A stretch of 64,000 nucleotides of DNA from an uncultured Spirochaetota bacterium (lineage in GTDB: Bacteria > Spirochaetota > Brevinematia > Brevinematales > JAOACQ01), in NCBI GenBank assembly GCA_963768055.1, contig CAVYGN010000001.1, positions 1,408,001 through 1,472,000 on the forward strand, read 5' to 3'. A model generated the notes under the pieces. The model did not search any database. It saw nothing but the letters and a program-made list of their open reading frames with translations, and was not told the origin of the DNA. Numbering within the stretch: position 1 is the first letter of the stretch; the number at the start of each line of letters is the position of its first letter. Below are positions 10,385 to 20,899 of the stretch, piece by piece. A program made the translations under genes and the position numbers.

Positions 10385-13300
10385 TCAGAATTTCTGGTTA
10401 AAATTGAGCTCGAAAAATTGCTCATAAAGAACCTGTCTGCCGAGCTCGGTAAATGGCTGGAGTTTCCAGCCGATATCGAAGAGTTTCATGTCAAGGTCTA
10501 AACCGATTGTTTGCAGTGCTATCAGACTGTTGATATCGATTGGATTCCTTGAAATGGTCAGGTCATACTGCAGGAATATATCCGGGATTATATATTTGCC
10601 AATGCTGATAGTCGAGCCTTCGAAAATGTCCACGGAGCTGAGATATGTTTCTCCATATATTGTCTTTCTAGCCCAGCTGTCTATTATGCCGGTCCTTATT
10701 ATGAACATATCGAGGCCGAGCCTTCTCCTGAGGTCGAAGGTAAGAGGGCTGAAAATGAATGCATTCTCCGCCGCACTGCTGATGCCTGCGGGTATAAATC
10801 CTCCATTACCGGTATTTATATTGGATAATGACATCGTTTCATTTTGGGATTGCAGGCCTAAAATAGCGGATAATTCTCCACTCGACTTCGGTGGAATGGA
10901 ATTAAATGACGAAAGGACAATGTCATCGGCTTTTCCGGTGAAAGTCATGAAAACTACGACCTGTTCGGTTTTCTCATCTCTGTACTTGAATGACGATTCC
11001 AGATTCACATAAGGAAGTATATCTCCGGGTTTTCCGCTGAAAACCGCTTTCCCATCGTCTATCGTGAAGTCCCTTCCGAGGTAAACTAAAGTACCCCTGT
11101 CGATATCAATATTCCCTTTAATATTTAAGGTTCTGTCAGCTAAAGTGCCTCCTACTGTCAGGGTTTCGTTTTTTTTGAGGAACACATCGATGAATTCATT
11201 CGAGAATTTTACACCACTGCCTATATGTACCGGTAACTTCCACCTGACATTATTTAATATACCCGGGGAAACATTTTTGTTGGTTCCTGTAGTGCCGCCC
11301 ATCATGCTCATATACATCAAAAGGTTATCGACGGTCACGTCGCCCGTTATATTCAGAGCGCTTATTTCACCTTCGAACCTCAATTCCTTGATCAATAGAT
11401 TTCCTGAAACCTTAAAACCCGGATAATTAATATTCAATAAGAAAACGGGTAAGGTCTTGCTGTTAGCCTTCAAGGTCAAATCCAGGCTTGGATTGAACAC
11501 GCTGTTAAAATAAACCGACCCGTCAAGCCGATAATCGCCCATGCTGGTAGCTAACCCGATATTGGTCAATAGCATCACATTATTGGTTATCTTAATATCC
11601 GAATTCAGGTTTTTAAATTTTGAGCCAAGGTCCTTGAAATCCGCATAAACCTGGCTTAATTTAATATTTCCATTAATTACCGGGAAATTAATATTCCCTC
11701 CAAAACTGAGAAAAACCGAACAGTCTCCCCTTATATCTTTCATAAAGGTAAAGGAGGAAAGCACGTCAAGCGGTGTTATCAGGCTAAACTCCGCATTTAT
11801 AATATTTCTTTTAATACTTCCCGAATATTCGGCCTGTATATTTTTGCTATTAAAAGACACATCCCATTTTTTTGCCTGGCCGTCTGAATTATAGTAACCC
11901 TTAAGTCCATGATCCTCCCTGTCCTGGAATGTCAGAGAATTGCCGTCTATGGATACCTCGCCTGCAATATCGTAGAGCGTCCTTCCGGAGATGGACAGGC
12001 TGTGCAGATCATAAAATAAATACTGATTGTCGTCCTGATAATAATAAACGATCGCTCCTTCGGTTTTTATAAAATCATAATAACCGAATTTTCCTTTTAC
12101 ATCAATTGAATAACCGGGTTCTTTATCAGATATAATCATATTAACATCTGCATTATAGGCCTCGGAACGCAGAATTACATTTTCCAGTGAACATACCCCG
12201 GCTTCAATCCGTATATCAGGAACATCAAGTGAAAAACTCTTCGAATTTTCAGAATTAATCACTTTGAGCCATCCCGACGCTTTTGGAGATGATATGTCCC
12301 AGGAAACGGCAACTTTGCCTGAAACGAAAACATCAAGGCTATCCTTGATAATATCTTTAACAAAAAAGTCCTTAATCTGGAATAAAGTATATAAGCCGTC
12401 AGAGCCTGAGGAGAAGAACAGGCTTCCCCCCTTGTCAAAATCAACCTGTCCGTATAACTGCTTATCCTGCATATATATCTTTCCATGCCCAAGCAATTTG
12501 TCATCCTTCGTGTCAATCAGAAAATGGTCAAATGAAAAGTAATTATCATGCTTGGACAGGACGAAATCGAGATTGACTGACCTGTTTTGATAAGAATAAA
12601 CAGACTTCAGGTTTACCTGCATTATTTTGTCATTATCGATGTCTTCGTCATACTTAAATGAAATGTTCCCCGCCAATCCGATATGCGTTAAAGGATATTG
12701 AACGGCGGTTACAGATATGGCATTTATGTTGTTAAAACCCTTTGAGCTGATCATGATCGCCTTGTCAATATTAATTTCGGTGTCGGCCGCCCCGCTGATA
12801 TTGTCGATGGAAATCTTTCCAATCATAGGCAGGTTATAAATATTTTTAAAGCGGACCATGCCGTTTAGGGATATTGTTTCTGTCATATTGTTAGTAGTTG
12901 AAAAAATAAGTGTAAAATCCGAATTTAAATTATAATTTGGGAAATTCATATTCTTGAAACTCAAAACGTTGTGCGAATAAAAAAGCCTGGTGGATGCGTA
13001 ATTATTTCCTCCCTTCTTCAGGGCCGGATTGTTTCCGCTGATTTCAGCTGAAAGGGAAAAATTATCGGACTTATCCTGGAAAACCCTCATCATTCCCGAA
13101 AAATTTCCATCTCCTAAATTGAACATGTCAAAACCTATATTGCTTACTGCTGTAAGCCCGGGAACATTGCTGGCGTATACAAACAGCTCATATTTACTAT
13201 TGGTAATATACCCTTTCATTGTCGCGTTAAACCCGGAATCCGGGGATGAAAACAGGAAACCGTTCGTAATCACATTCATTTTTGTAAAAATACTTCCCAC

Positions 13301-14494
13301 CTGTCCGCCGTTTAATTTGGTGTTTTCACCGGTTACGATCAATTCGTTTCCATTCTGTTCGAGTTTGTATAAACCGCTGATTTTAAGATTGGGTATAACA
13401 GTAAAATTGTCAAGCTCGGCAAAACCTGAAGGTAGAATGCCCCCGGGACTAATATTCAGACGGGTTTTACCATTTCCATATTTTGCTGATTTGATATCTC
13501 CGCTTATTGCTAATTTTCCATTTTCCATGGCAATTTTTATTAAAAGACTGTCGGCATTGGTTTTTGAGTTCAAGGCCGCTTCAACACCCCATGTGTTTAT
13601 GTTGGTAAAATAAGAAAGATTGAAATGGAAATTACCATCGTTAAAAATATGCTCAAACAGGTAATATTCTCCCGCTACCGTGTAATCCAGGCTAACATCC
13701 TTTTCAATAGTATAATATACAGCTCCGTTTTCAGATCTTATTTTTTTGGAAGAAAAAGATTTTTCCAGGTCAAGGGCAAAGGTCTTGCCTGTGGTGAAAT
13801 AAGCATCCTCGTCATTAATGATTGAAATTCCACCGGCATTTATATCCTTGAAATGGACCTTTCCGCTTCCAAGGTTTTCGGCAAAAGAATAATTAAAATC
13901 AATCTTTAATACCGACATGAGATAGCCGGTTGAGTTGCCGGAATGCAGATCTGCGGAAACGTCAGTTTGAAGGCTGATATTTTTATTTTTTATTTTTAAT
14001 TTCAGCCGGTCCAGGTAAAAATCGGATCTGATGCCGCAGGCAAAATCAATATTGATATCAATTTCACTTCCCGACAGTGTCAGGTTAAAATTATCTCCCT
14101 GATCAGCGCACGCTTGAAGTTTAGACTCAAGCCCTTTTAAAGCCCGGATGTTCCCCTTTAATGACAGTTTTTCAATCGATATAAAATATATCGAAGAAAC
14201 CGGGCCCCCCGTAAAAACTTTCAGGGGATTGTAATAGATCAAGGCGCTTTTTATGGATGCAGAAAAGTCCGGAGAAAGGGCTTGTACATCATTTAACCTT
14301 ATTGAAAAAAAAGGAAGGTTGAAAATGCTTCCAATGCTGACAGAATCGGTTTTAAGATATTTCGCAAGTTCTTTTTCAACTGTGCTTTTATAACCGTAAG
14401 AAATGAATTGGAAAAGGACTAAAAAGATGAAATATATTAAAACAGCCGATAAAGCCAATGATATTATTTTCTTTATATTAAAACCATTAACCAT
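10385..14494 (-). CDS. TamB/DUF490-like translocation-assembly protein
   Basis: N-terminal TM anchor, long beta-rich body, C-terminal RGTLVYLGRDFTIDDG...P.VNL and terminal F; upstream of bamA as in other spirochaetes. Confidence 0.75.
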   Translation of the reverse strand: MVNGFNIKKIISLALSAVLIYFIFLVLFQFISYGYKSTVEKELAKYLKTDSVSIGSIFNLPFFSIRLNDVQALSPDFSASIKSALIYYNPLKVFTGGPVSSIYFISIEKLSLKGNIRALKGLESKLQACADQGDNFNLTLSGSEIDINIDFACGIRSDFYLDRLKLKIKNKNISLQTDVSADLHSGNSTGYLMSVLKIDFNYSFAENLGSGKVHFKDINAGGISIINDEDAYFTTGKTFALDLEKSFSSKKIRSENGAVYYTIEKDVSLDYTVAGEYYLFEHIFNDGNFHFNLSYFTNINTWGVEAALNSKTNADSLLIKIAMENGKLAISGDIKSAKYGNGKTRLNISPGGILPSGFAELDNFTVIPNLKISGLYKLEQNGNELIVTGENTKLNGGQVGSIFTKMNVITNGFLFSSPDSGFNATMKGYITNSKYELFVYASNVPGLTAVSNIGFDMFNLGDGNFSGMMRVFQDKSDNFSLSAEISGNNPALKKGGNNYASTRLFYSHNVLSFKNMNFPNYNLNSDFTLIFSTTNNMTETISLNGMVRFKNIYNLPMIGKISIDNISGAADTEINIDKAIMISSKGFNNINAISVTAVQYPLTHIGLAGNISFKYDEDIDNDKIMQVNLKSVYSYQNRSVNLDFVLSKHDNYFSFDHFLIDTKDDKLLGHGKIYMQDKQLYGQVDFDKGGSLFFSSGSDGLYTLFQIKDFFVKDIIKDSLDVFVSGKVAVSWDISSPKASGWLKVINSENSKSFSLDVPDIRIEAGVCSLENVILRSEAYNADVNMIISDKEPGYSIDVKGKFGYYDFIKTEGAIVYYYQDDNQYLFYDLHSLSISGRTLYDIAGEVSIDGNSLTFQDREDHGLKGYYNSDGQAKKWDVSFNSKNIQAEYSGSIKRNIINAEFSLITPLDVLSSFTFMKDIRGDCSVFLSFGGNINFPVINGNIKLSQVYADFKDLGSKFKNLNSDIKITNNVMLLTNIGLATSMGDYRLDGSVYFNSVFNPSLDLTLKANSKTLPVFLLNINYPGFKVSGNLLIKELRFEGEISALNITGDVTVDNLLMYMSMMGGTTGTNKNVSPGILNNVRWKLPVHIGSGVKFSNEFIDVFLKKNETLTVGGTLADRTLNIKGNIDIDRGTLVYLGRDFTIDDGKAVFSGKPGDILPYVNLESSFKYRDEKTEQVVVFMTFTGKADDIVLSSFNSIPPKSSGELSAILGLQSQNETMSLSNINTGNGGFIPAGISSAAENAFIFSPLTFDLRRRLGLDMFIIRTGIIDSWARKTIYGETYLSSVDIFEGSTISIGKYIIPDIFLQYDLTISRNPIDINSLIALQTIGLDLDMKLFDIGWKLQPFTELGRQVLYEQFFELNFNQKF

Positions 14495-14509
14495 AAAATA
14501 TCGATATTC

Positions 14510-16051
14510 CTAAAATTTCTCAAGCTCCCCGTCAAGCTTATCCGTGATCTTTTTTGTCGCCGCATCGATGGCCTGGCCGATATTGAGCCCCATTCCCCTC
14601 TCATCAAGAGTAACACCCTTTTCAGTTTTGCCGGTGTCCAGGTTTACAAATGAAAGAATGAATTTAACCTCGACGGATTTGAATTGGCTGTCGTTAAGAT
14701 TATAATCCTTGAAAACAATATCTTTGCCGATTTCCCCAAGATAATTGATCTGCCTGGTCCCGATCAGTATTCTCCTGACGTCGGGATAATTAGTTTTAAT
14801 ATGATTGATAATGGCCTGTTTTATCTTTCCTTCTTCACGCCCGGAGGTTATTACTGCCGAGGGGATTTCCGCGGAAATTATGTTATACCCCGCATCCGCC
14901 AGTTTACCCGATACACTTTCCTGAAATTTTGGAGATAATTCGCTTTTTGAGCCTTGTTTATCACCCTTAACCAGATCGAAAACTACGAGCGCAGTATTAA
15001 TCGCCTTATCCCTGACGACGGGAAGGAGGCTGAAACGGAGCGCCTGGGTGCTCTGAATGCCTGCCAGTTGTGTATAAAAATCAGGATCGAAATTTTTTAT
15101 ATTATCGTATTTAGCGAGCGAAATTGAGGAAAAAATAGAGAGCTTTTCAGCCGATGGATTGTTAATCTTATCTATGCTGTATTCCACCTCCCCCTTTTCG
15201 TCGGTAGTATTTCCTTTTTTTGAGGATAATACGGCGTTTGTGCCTTCTTCGTCAACTTCCATCAAAAGCCCTGACACGCCGGAGGCGGTTTTTGAGGAAA
15301 CGGCCCTGATCATGATAGGATCGCTTCCGCCCTCCTTGTAAGCATATTTCGGGGCCCCTTCAAGGGTAAATGAAAGGCTCGATAATTCAAGCAGGATTAA
15401 GTTTTTAGACTGGTCGTACAAATCGGAGTTTTCGGCCGCTTTTTCACTCACGGCCAGAGCGCTGTAAGACAGGTCGAGCGCTCTTGACAGGTTCCCGTTT
15501 TTCAGGGCTTCATCGGAATCGCTTAAATAAGTTTGAGCCTGTTTCCGCTGGTCGCTTACAAGCTTCTGCAGTCTCTTCCTCTCTTTTTCCACCCAATCCT
15601 GAGGGAATTTGATAAGACAGTACATTGATATCGTATTATCAGAATACTGCTCGTAATAAAAATCCTCAAGGTCGATATTGACATTTGCGCTCCCCTTGCC
15701 TTCCAGGGTTTGCTCTATATTCTGGTTGAAACTTGAGACATTATCGGAATCGGAAATTTCCTTCGTACTTTTAAACCTTGCTGTTGCCCTGAACCCTATG
15801 TATTCTATAAGCTGAGAGGCGGCGTCGTCAACGGCTTCTTTTTTTGCCGTTTTCAGATCCGGAGATTTGGAACTCATTCCGACAAAGTAAACATAATCAG
15901 GGGATTTCTTTTTTTTAAGCACCCAGTCCGGCATGGATGGCGCCGACGTTTTTATAACGGTTACGGCCCCGGCCGCAGCCGTTCTCTGAGTAATACAGAA
16001 TAATATCAGAAGTAATGCGGCAGTTCCAGTGATAACGGAGAAAATCTTCAT
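14510..16051 (-). CDS. Exported LPP20-like domain protein
   Basis: Signal peptide, PDWV...YVYFVGMS...AKKEAVDDA typical of LPP20-like domains. Confidence 0.65.
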   Translation of the reverse strand: MKIFSVITGTAALLLILFCITQRTAAAGAVTVIKTSAPSMPDWVLKKKKSPDYVYFVGMSSKSPDLKTAKKEAVDDAASQLIEYIGFRATARFKSTKEISDSDNVSSFNQNIEQTLEGKGSANVNIDLEDFYYEQYSDNTISMYCLIKFPQDWVEKERKRLQKLVSDQRKQAQTYLSDSDEALKNGNLSRALDLSYSALAVSEKAAENSDLYDQSKNLILLELSSLSFTLEGAPKYAYKEGGSDPIMIRAVSSKTASGVSGLLMEVDEEGTNAVLSSKKGNTTDEKGEVEYSIDKINNPSAEKLSIFSSISLAKYDNIKNFDPDFYTQLAGIQSTQALRFSLLPVVRDKAINTALVVFDLVKGDKQGSKSELSPKFQESVSGKLADAGYNIISAEIPSAVITSGREEGKIKQAIINHIKTNYPDVRRILIGTRQINYLGEIGKDIVFKDYNLNDSQFKSVEVKFILSFVNLDTGKTEKGVTLDERGMGLNIGQAIDAATKKITDKLDGELEKF

Positions 16052-16188
16052 GTCAAACCTCCGACAATTATTATACTACCACTTAACATTTTAAATTATA
16101 AAAATTAAGAACGGTGAAGAAAAATAACCGGCGAGTCCTGATATAGCTATATATATTATATAGCGGTTTTGAAATAATATCAAGTTGC

Positions 16189-16200
16189 GGGCGCTTCTAA
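16189..16200 (+). repeat. Solo MITE terminal repeat fragment GGGCGCTTCTAA
   Basis: Identical to the first 12 nt of the element at 62131. Confidence 0.5.
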
Positions 16201-16217
16201 TTACCTTCGGATCCTGA

Positions 16218-18554
16218 TCACTTCTGGCTGAGAACGAATACGCCGTCCCAATCCGCCGGAGGGGGGGTTTTCTTGTATTTCAGGCACCTGTCGTAATATG
16301 TCTTTGAAGGCGGATCGCCGTTATCTTTCACAAGCTTCCCGAACATTTCCGCGGCCCTTTCCCAATTCTTGCTTCGATACTCCTGAAGGGCTTTATGGTA
16401 TTCTTCGATGGTTAAAAGCTTCTTTTCATCAACTTCGCCTGTCCTTCCCACAAGCTCGAATACTTCCGTCGGGGTCGTCTTGCCGATAACCCTGATCAGA
16501 TCAAGTTTTCTCACGACAAACCTGTCGCCGACCTGGCTGTAAGTGAATTCGGAGATCATCGTATACGTACCGTAGGCTTTATTAGCCCCCTCGAAACGGG
16601 ACGCCGTGTTAACCGTATCTCCCATCATCGTATAGTCCATCCTCTGCTGGGAACCCATATTTCCGATAATGGCGGGCCCGGTATTTAATCCCATCCTCGT
16701 ATAAACGGGAGGATATCCCTCTTTGATCCATTCCTCTCGGAGCCTGCCCAAGGCGTTCTGCATATCTACTGCCGCGTTACAGCATCTTGCGGCATGGTCC
16801 GGATGCGATATCGGGGCCCCGAAGAACGCGACTATCGCATCGCCCTCGTATTTATCGACGGTACCGTCGTTAGTAAGTATGATATCGGTCATTGCGGTCA
16901 GGTATTTATTGAGAAGCGTGACAACCTCTTCAGGACTGAGTTTCTCGGAAATGCTTGTGAACCCGGCTATATCGGAAAAATATGCCGTTATCTCCCTTCT
17001 TTCGCCGCCTAATTTTAAAAGGTTCGGGTTCTCTATAACCTCTTTCACCACCTCGGGGGATAGATACTGCATGAAGGCTTTTCTTATATAGTTCTTCTGC
17101 CTGTCGTAAGATATGAATTTATAAGCGGTAAAAAGAACTATGCCGATTATAAAACTTGTAAGGATCAAAATATAATTGAAAATGACGCCGAAAACCGCAA
17201 GAAAAAGATATTCTAAAAGCAGGACCCCGGCCAGCCCTATAAGCGCCGTGATAGATTCCCTTAGAGCGGAGGTTACCCTGATGCTGGTCAGATATACGCC
17301 GAGAACTATAATAATGGCAATAAGTAAGTTCCAGATGAAGGGCAGTTCGGTAAGAAAGGCCTTCTGCTTGATCATGTTGATGATGTTTCCCTGCATAAGC
17401 ACAAGCGGGGCCGCCGGATCTATGGTAATCATGCCTATATCGGTTCCCGCGGCAGCCGTTTCCCCGATTATCGTTATTTTACCCTTTATTACGGAAAGCT
17501 GGTTCGACAGTTCCTTGAAAAGTTTTATATTGCTCTTAATGTTGTCGCGGTCTTCGTCAGAAATATCCTTGCTGTCAAGATAAGGAATCTGCTCTTCCAC
17601 AGTTTTTTTAAGGTTGTAATAGCTTACAAGGTAGTAGAATGGAATATGGCGCGCAGCCCCCCCGAACGAGTTGGCCCAGTTTTTAGTCCAGTTTATGTAC
17701 ATCTGACCTTTCCCGTTAATAGGTATAGTAATGGCTTCCCCGCCCTTCGTTACAAGTTTCACGAATTGTCCGGGTCTTATCTCTATCCTGTTAGTATCCA
17801 CGTTCAATTCGTCCATTATCAACGGCAAAGTCAATTGAGGAACCAGGTAATCTTTATAGATCCTGAACAATGCAATCTTCCGGAGAGATCCGTCTATATC
17901 CTTGTCCGCAGTGGTGAAGCCCAGCCCCTTGGCGGCGAGGTACAGCGGAAATACCGGGCTTTCCATGTATTTATCTACCATGAGGCTGTTGGTGAGCCTT
18001 TTGTCCTTTAACGGCAGGAAAAACATATCGATCATCTGAAGTTCCCGGAATTCGTCAGCCTCCGCTACGGTTCTTGTCTTTTTAGTTTCCTGCACGCCCC
18101 TGCAGGCGAGATAAACGTTGGTAGTTCCGGTGCCGAAAGCCCTCGTCAGCACCTTGTCGGGATCGACAACAAGGTCTGAAATTATATTCTGAACGGGAGA
18201 TGAAGTCCTGTCGTCCTTAAGCCTGTCGTAATTATCGCTATTCAGGGATTTCGGGGCGGGGTTGATATACTCTATGTCGAGGAGAATTTTATCGGCGCCG
18301 AGGTCCTTGAGGGCTTCGATCCCCACTGCGAATTTGTCCCTCTGGATCGGCCAGCTTCCAAGCACGTCTATCGTCTGGTCGTCTATGGCAACGAACATGA
18401 TCTTGTCCCATTCTTTCGGCTGGGGTTTTAAACTTGAAAAGATATCGTACATCTTCAGATCGATAAGCTTGCCTCCGGCGCTTAAAGACGCGAGAAGGCC
18501 TAAAATTATGCTTATCAGAATAAAAGAAATTTCTGTAAAGTTTTTCCTGCTCAA
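16218..18554 (-). CDS. CHASE2-domain class III adenylate/guanylate cyclase (adenylate-type)
   Basis: VAIDD...WP..R, DIDGSLR (CHASE2); three TM helices; FSDIAGFT, DKYEGDA, GDTVNTASRFEG catalytic motifs; Lys/Asp residues typical of ATP specificity. Confidence 0.93.
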   Translation of the reverse strand: MSRKNFTEISFILISIILGLLASLSAGGKLIDLKMYDIFSSLKPQPKEWDKIMFVAIDDQTIDVLGSWPIQRDKFAVGIEALKDLGADKILLDIEYINPAPKSLNSDNYDRLKDDRTSSPVQNIISDLVVDPDKVLTRAFGTGTTNVYLACRGVQETKKTRTVAEADEFRELQMIDMFFLPLKDKRLTNSLMVDKYMESPVFPLYLAAKGLGFTTADKDIDGSLRKIALFRIYKDYLVPQLTLPLIMDELNVDTNRIEIRPGQFVKLVTKGGEAITIPINGKGQMYINWTKNWANSFGGAARHIPFYYLVSYYNLKKTVEEQIPYLDSKDISDEDRDNIKSNIKLFKELSNQLSVIKGKITIIGETAAAGTDIGMITIDPAAPLVLMQGNIINMIKQKAFLTELPFIWNLLIAIIIVLGVYLTSIRVTSALRESITALIGLAGVLLLEYLFLAVFGVIFNYILILTSFIIGIVLFTAYKFISYDRQKNYIRKAFMQYLSPEVVKEVIENPNLLKLGGERREITAYFSDIAGFTSISEKLSPEEVVTLLNKYLTAMTDIILTNDGTVDKYEGDAIVAFFGAPISHPDHAARCCNAAVDMQNALGRLREEWIKEGYPPVYTRMGLNTGPAIIGNMGSQQRMDYTMMGDTVNTASRFEGANKAYGTYTMISEFTYSQVGDRFVVRKLDLIRVIGKTTPTEVFELVGRTGEVDEKKLLTIEEYHKALQEYRSKNWERAAEMFGKLVKDNGDPPSKTYYDRCLKYKKTPPPADWDGVFVLSQK

Positions 18555-18565
18555 TCAGGGTCTCC

Positions 18566-19750
18566 TTAAATATGAACGCTGACGCCCCCGATCAGCTCGA
18601 ACCTGTTAGTTTCATCGGTAAAGGCATCTCCTTTGATAAAATATCCGCCCGTGATAAATATCGTGAAATCAGGATCGATATCGTATATTACGGAGCCTGA
18701 AATTTCATGCCCTATCGAATAACCGCTGCCGTCGTAGTAACCGTTAACTGAATCGTTAGTCGTCATCCTTGTAAAGTAATAATAATTCACGCTCAGCGTA
18801 AGGTGGTCGCCAAGTACCTTAAGCAGGACGCCGCCCTGCGCCATGATCATATTGGCTAACTTCGGCTGTAATATTATTCCCGTATTGTACTGGCCGAATG
18901 TATCGAACTGGCCGTAGGACTGCCCTGAATTCGTATTTGTATTATCGTTGCCTGTCGCGGCGGAAACTTTCGCTATAAAGCCGTACTTAAAATCCCCCCC
19001 CGAAAGGTAATAAACTCCCAGGTTGCCCCCGAAAGCAAGTATGGAGTTTGAAGGCGTGTAGTTCCCAGCCTCTCCCAGAATATTGCCGGATAAGACGAGG
19101 CTATCGATAATGGAAGTTTTAGCGTTAATTCCGAAATAGATCGGATTATAGCTGTTGTTCGTCGACATGTCCTGGGAATACAGGACGACGGCCCCTATGG
19201 ATTCAAGCCCCAGTCCTTTCTTTTCAAGCTCAAGCCCGCCGAACAGCCTGTCCGGCCCGTTCGACAGGATGAGATCGGAATATGTCATATCGAACTGGTT
19301 GATTTCTATGGGCAGAAACCCGGAATAATATGCGCCGGAATAATACACATAAAGCCTTTCCGAAAAACCGAGGAGGTTCAAATCTAAATTCAACCCGTCG
19401 GCCAGGTTTCCTATCAATATTCCGTCCCCCTCCACGTAATAATCCCTTCCGGCCAGAAGATTAAAGGAATCGCTGTTATAAGTGTAACTGAGCCTGTCAA
19501 CGTAGAGTGTGTTAGTCTTATAGAAGTCGAAATATGTATCCTTGAGCCTGAATTTCAAAAAAGACTGGTCCTCGAAATAAAATTTCAGGCCCACATTGGC
19601 GATATTGTAAAAACTGTAATAACTGCTATCGTTTGTATCCATTCCCAATACCATCATCGGTATGTCCTCAAGGGAAAAATCGAATTGAAAACCGAATAAC
19701 GGCATATAACCCAAAAACACTGTCAGAAGTAATATCGATAGTCTCTTCAT
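18566..19750 (-). CDS. Outer membrane beta-barrel protein (alginate-export-like)
   Basis: Signal peptide, alternating beta strands, GHEISG...GGYFIKGDAF C-terminal pattern. Confidence 0.7.
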   Translation of the reverse strand: MKRLSILLLTVFLGYMPLFGFQFDFSLEDIPMMVLGMDTNDSSYYSFYNIANVGLKFYFEDQSFLKFRLKDTYFDFYKTNTLYVDRLSYTYNSDSFNLLAGRDYYVEGDGILIGNLADGLNLDLNLLGFSERLYVYYSGAYYSGFLPIEINQFDMTYSDLILSNGPDRLFGGLELEKKGLGLESIGAVVLYSQDMSTNNSYNPIYFGINAKTSIIDSLVLSGNILGEAGNYTPSNSILAFGGNLGVYYLSGGDFKYGFIAKVSAATGNDNTNTNSGQSYGQFDTFGQYNTGIILQPKLANMIMAQGGVLLKVLGDHLTLSVNYYYFTRMTTNDSVNGYYDGSGYSIGHEISGSVIYDIDPDFTIFITGGYFIKGDAFTDETNRFELIGGVSVHI

Positions 19751-19766
19751 CAGAATCCTCCCTTGA

Positions 19767-20453
19767 TCACAATCTTTCAGGTTCAGTCGTTGGCTGTGAC
19801 GGACCCGATCCCTTAGGCGGATAGAATAAGGGCCCCTTGAAGCCGCCGTTAAGGTTATGGTTCCCTATATCGTTATCGCCGAACTGATCGTTCTGGTTAA
19901 GACCGCCGTAGTTATTGTCGAAATTGCCGTAGAATTTATGGTCCCCCGACACTCCCCCCTGCTCCCCATGTCCCGCTTCAAAGCCGTTTCCATGGTTGTC
20001 AGAGATCAGGACATGGCCGTCAATTACAAAGACAGTCATCCCCCTGTAAGATTTATATCCGACGTTCTCCTCCGTACCGAGGACCGACGCAGTTCCGCTG
20101 GGGGTCTGGACCTTGAAGCTCGAAGGGCTTCCCTGGATCTTGGTGAACCTAACCTTCACCTTGCCGGTCTGGACCGCCAATTTCTGGTCATGCGTTCCTG
20201 CCATATTCATATCCTTGAAAGTGACCATCGAAAGCTCGTTCACCTCGAAAAATCCGTCCTCGGTTTCCACCCTTACCCTCGAACTGATGCCTGTCATTAT
20301 TTTATCGCCGTCCTTGATCTCCATTGATAAGGACGCCTTCTGCCAGCTACCCCCCGTGAGGACATCGACCTTTCCGGTCATGTCCTTTATCGTTCCGGCT
20401 GATAACGGCCCGAATACAAGCAGTAACGCCGTAATAATAATCCCTGTCTTCAT
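19767..20453 (-). CDS. FecR-domain exported protein
   Basis: GKVDV...GDKIMTG...FKVQTPSGTASVLGT...V.VIDGHV. Confidence 0.85.
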   Translation of the reverse strand: MKTGIIITALLLVFGPLSAGTIKDMTGKVDVLTGGSWQKASLSMEIKDGDKIMTGISSRVRVETEDGFFEVNELSMVTFKDMNMAGTHDQKLAVQTGKVKVRFTKIQGSPSSFKVQTPSGTASVLGTEENVGYKSYRGMTVFVIDGHVLISDNHGNGFEAGHGEQGGVSGDHKFYGNFDNNYGGLNQNDQFGDNDIGNHNLNGGFKGPLFYPPKGSGPSQPTTEPERL

Positions 20454-20467
20454 AAATGTTCCTCCTT

Positions 20468-20887
20468 TTACTCGCGGGACTTTATTGTCCCTGTGAGCTC
20501 GATCAATTCCATCCCGGATATTCCCCTGTCCCAGGCGAATGCTTCCGGGTATATCCCTTCGTACACCAGGCTTAAAGCGGCGTATCTCGACCAGCCTGTA
20601 ATGATGTAAAGAATGCCGCCTCCGGCCTTTTTAAGCTCGATGGCGATCACAGCCAGGGTGCCGGCGTCAAGGACGGCGTCCCTGTTCATGCCCTTGATCG
20701 TCCGGTTGGATATCTGGTCTATGTCGGCCATTACCGCGTCGGGATTGTCGATCGAATAAATAACATATATCGCGTCGCCTACCGTGGCAATTTTTTTGTC
20801 CATTATGGCCCTCATGTCCTCGTTGGAAAGGGCGTGCATACCGCCTGCCGCGAAAAGCGTTAAAAGAATCATTACGAAAAATCTCAT
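20468..20887 (-). CDS. Exported hypothetical protein
   Basis: Signal peptide, AGGAGG RBS, tight spacing to neighbours; GGILY...RYA..LV..G...ISGMEL. Confidence 0.75.
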   Translation of the reverse strand: MRFFVMILLTLFAAGGMHALSNEDMRAIMDKKIATVGDAIYVIYSIDNPDAVMADIDQISNRTIKGMNRDAVLDAGTLAVIAIELKKAGGGILYIITGWSRYAALSLVYEGIYPEAFAWDRGISGMELIELTGTIKSRE

Positions 20888-20899
20888 TATTTACCTCCT

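Noticed and set aside
16146..16164. GCTATATA-TAT-TATATAGC palindrome as operator or terminator
   Set aside because: Low-complexity AT run with no second copy; could arise by chance.
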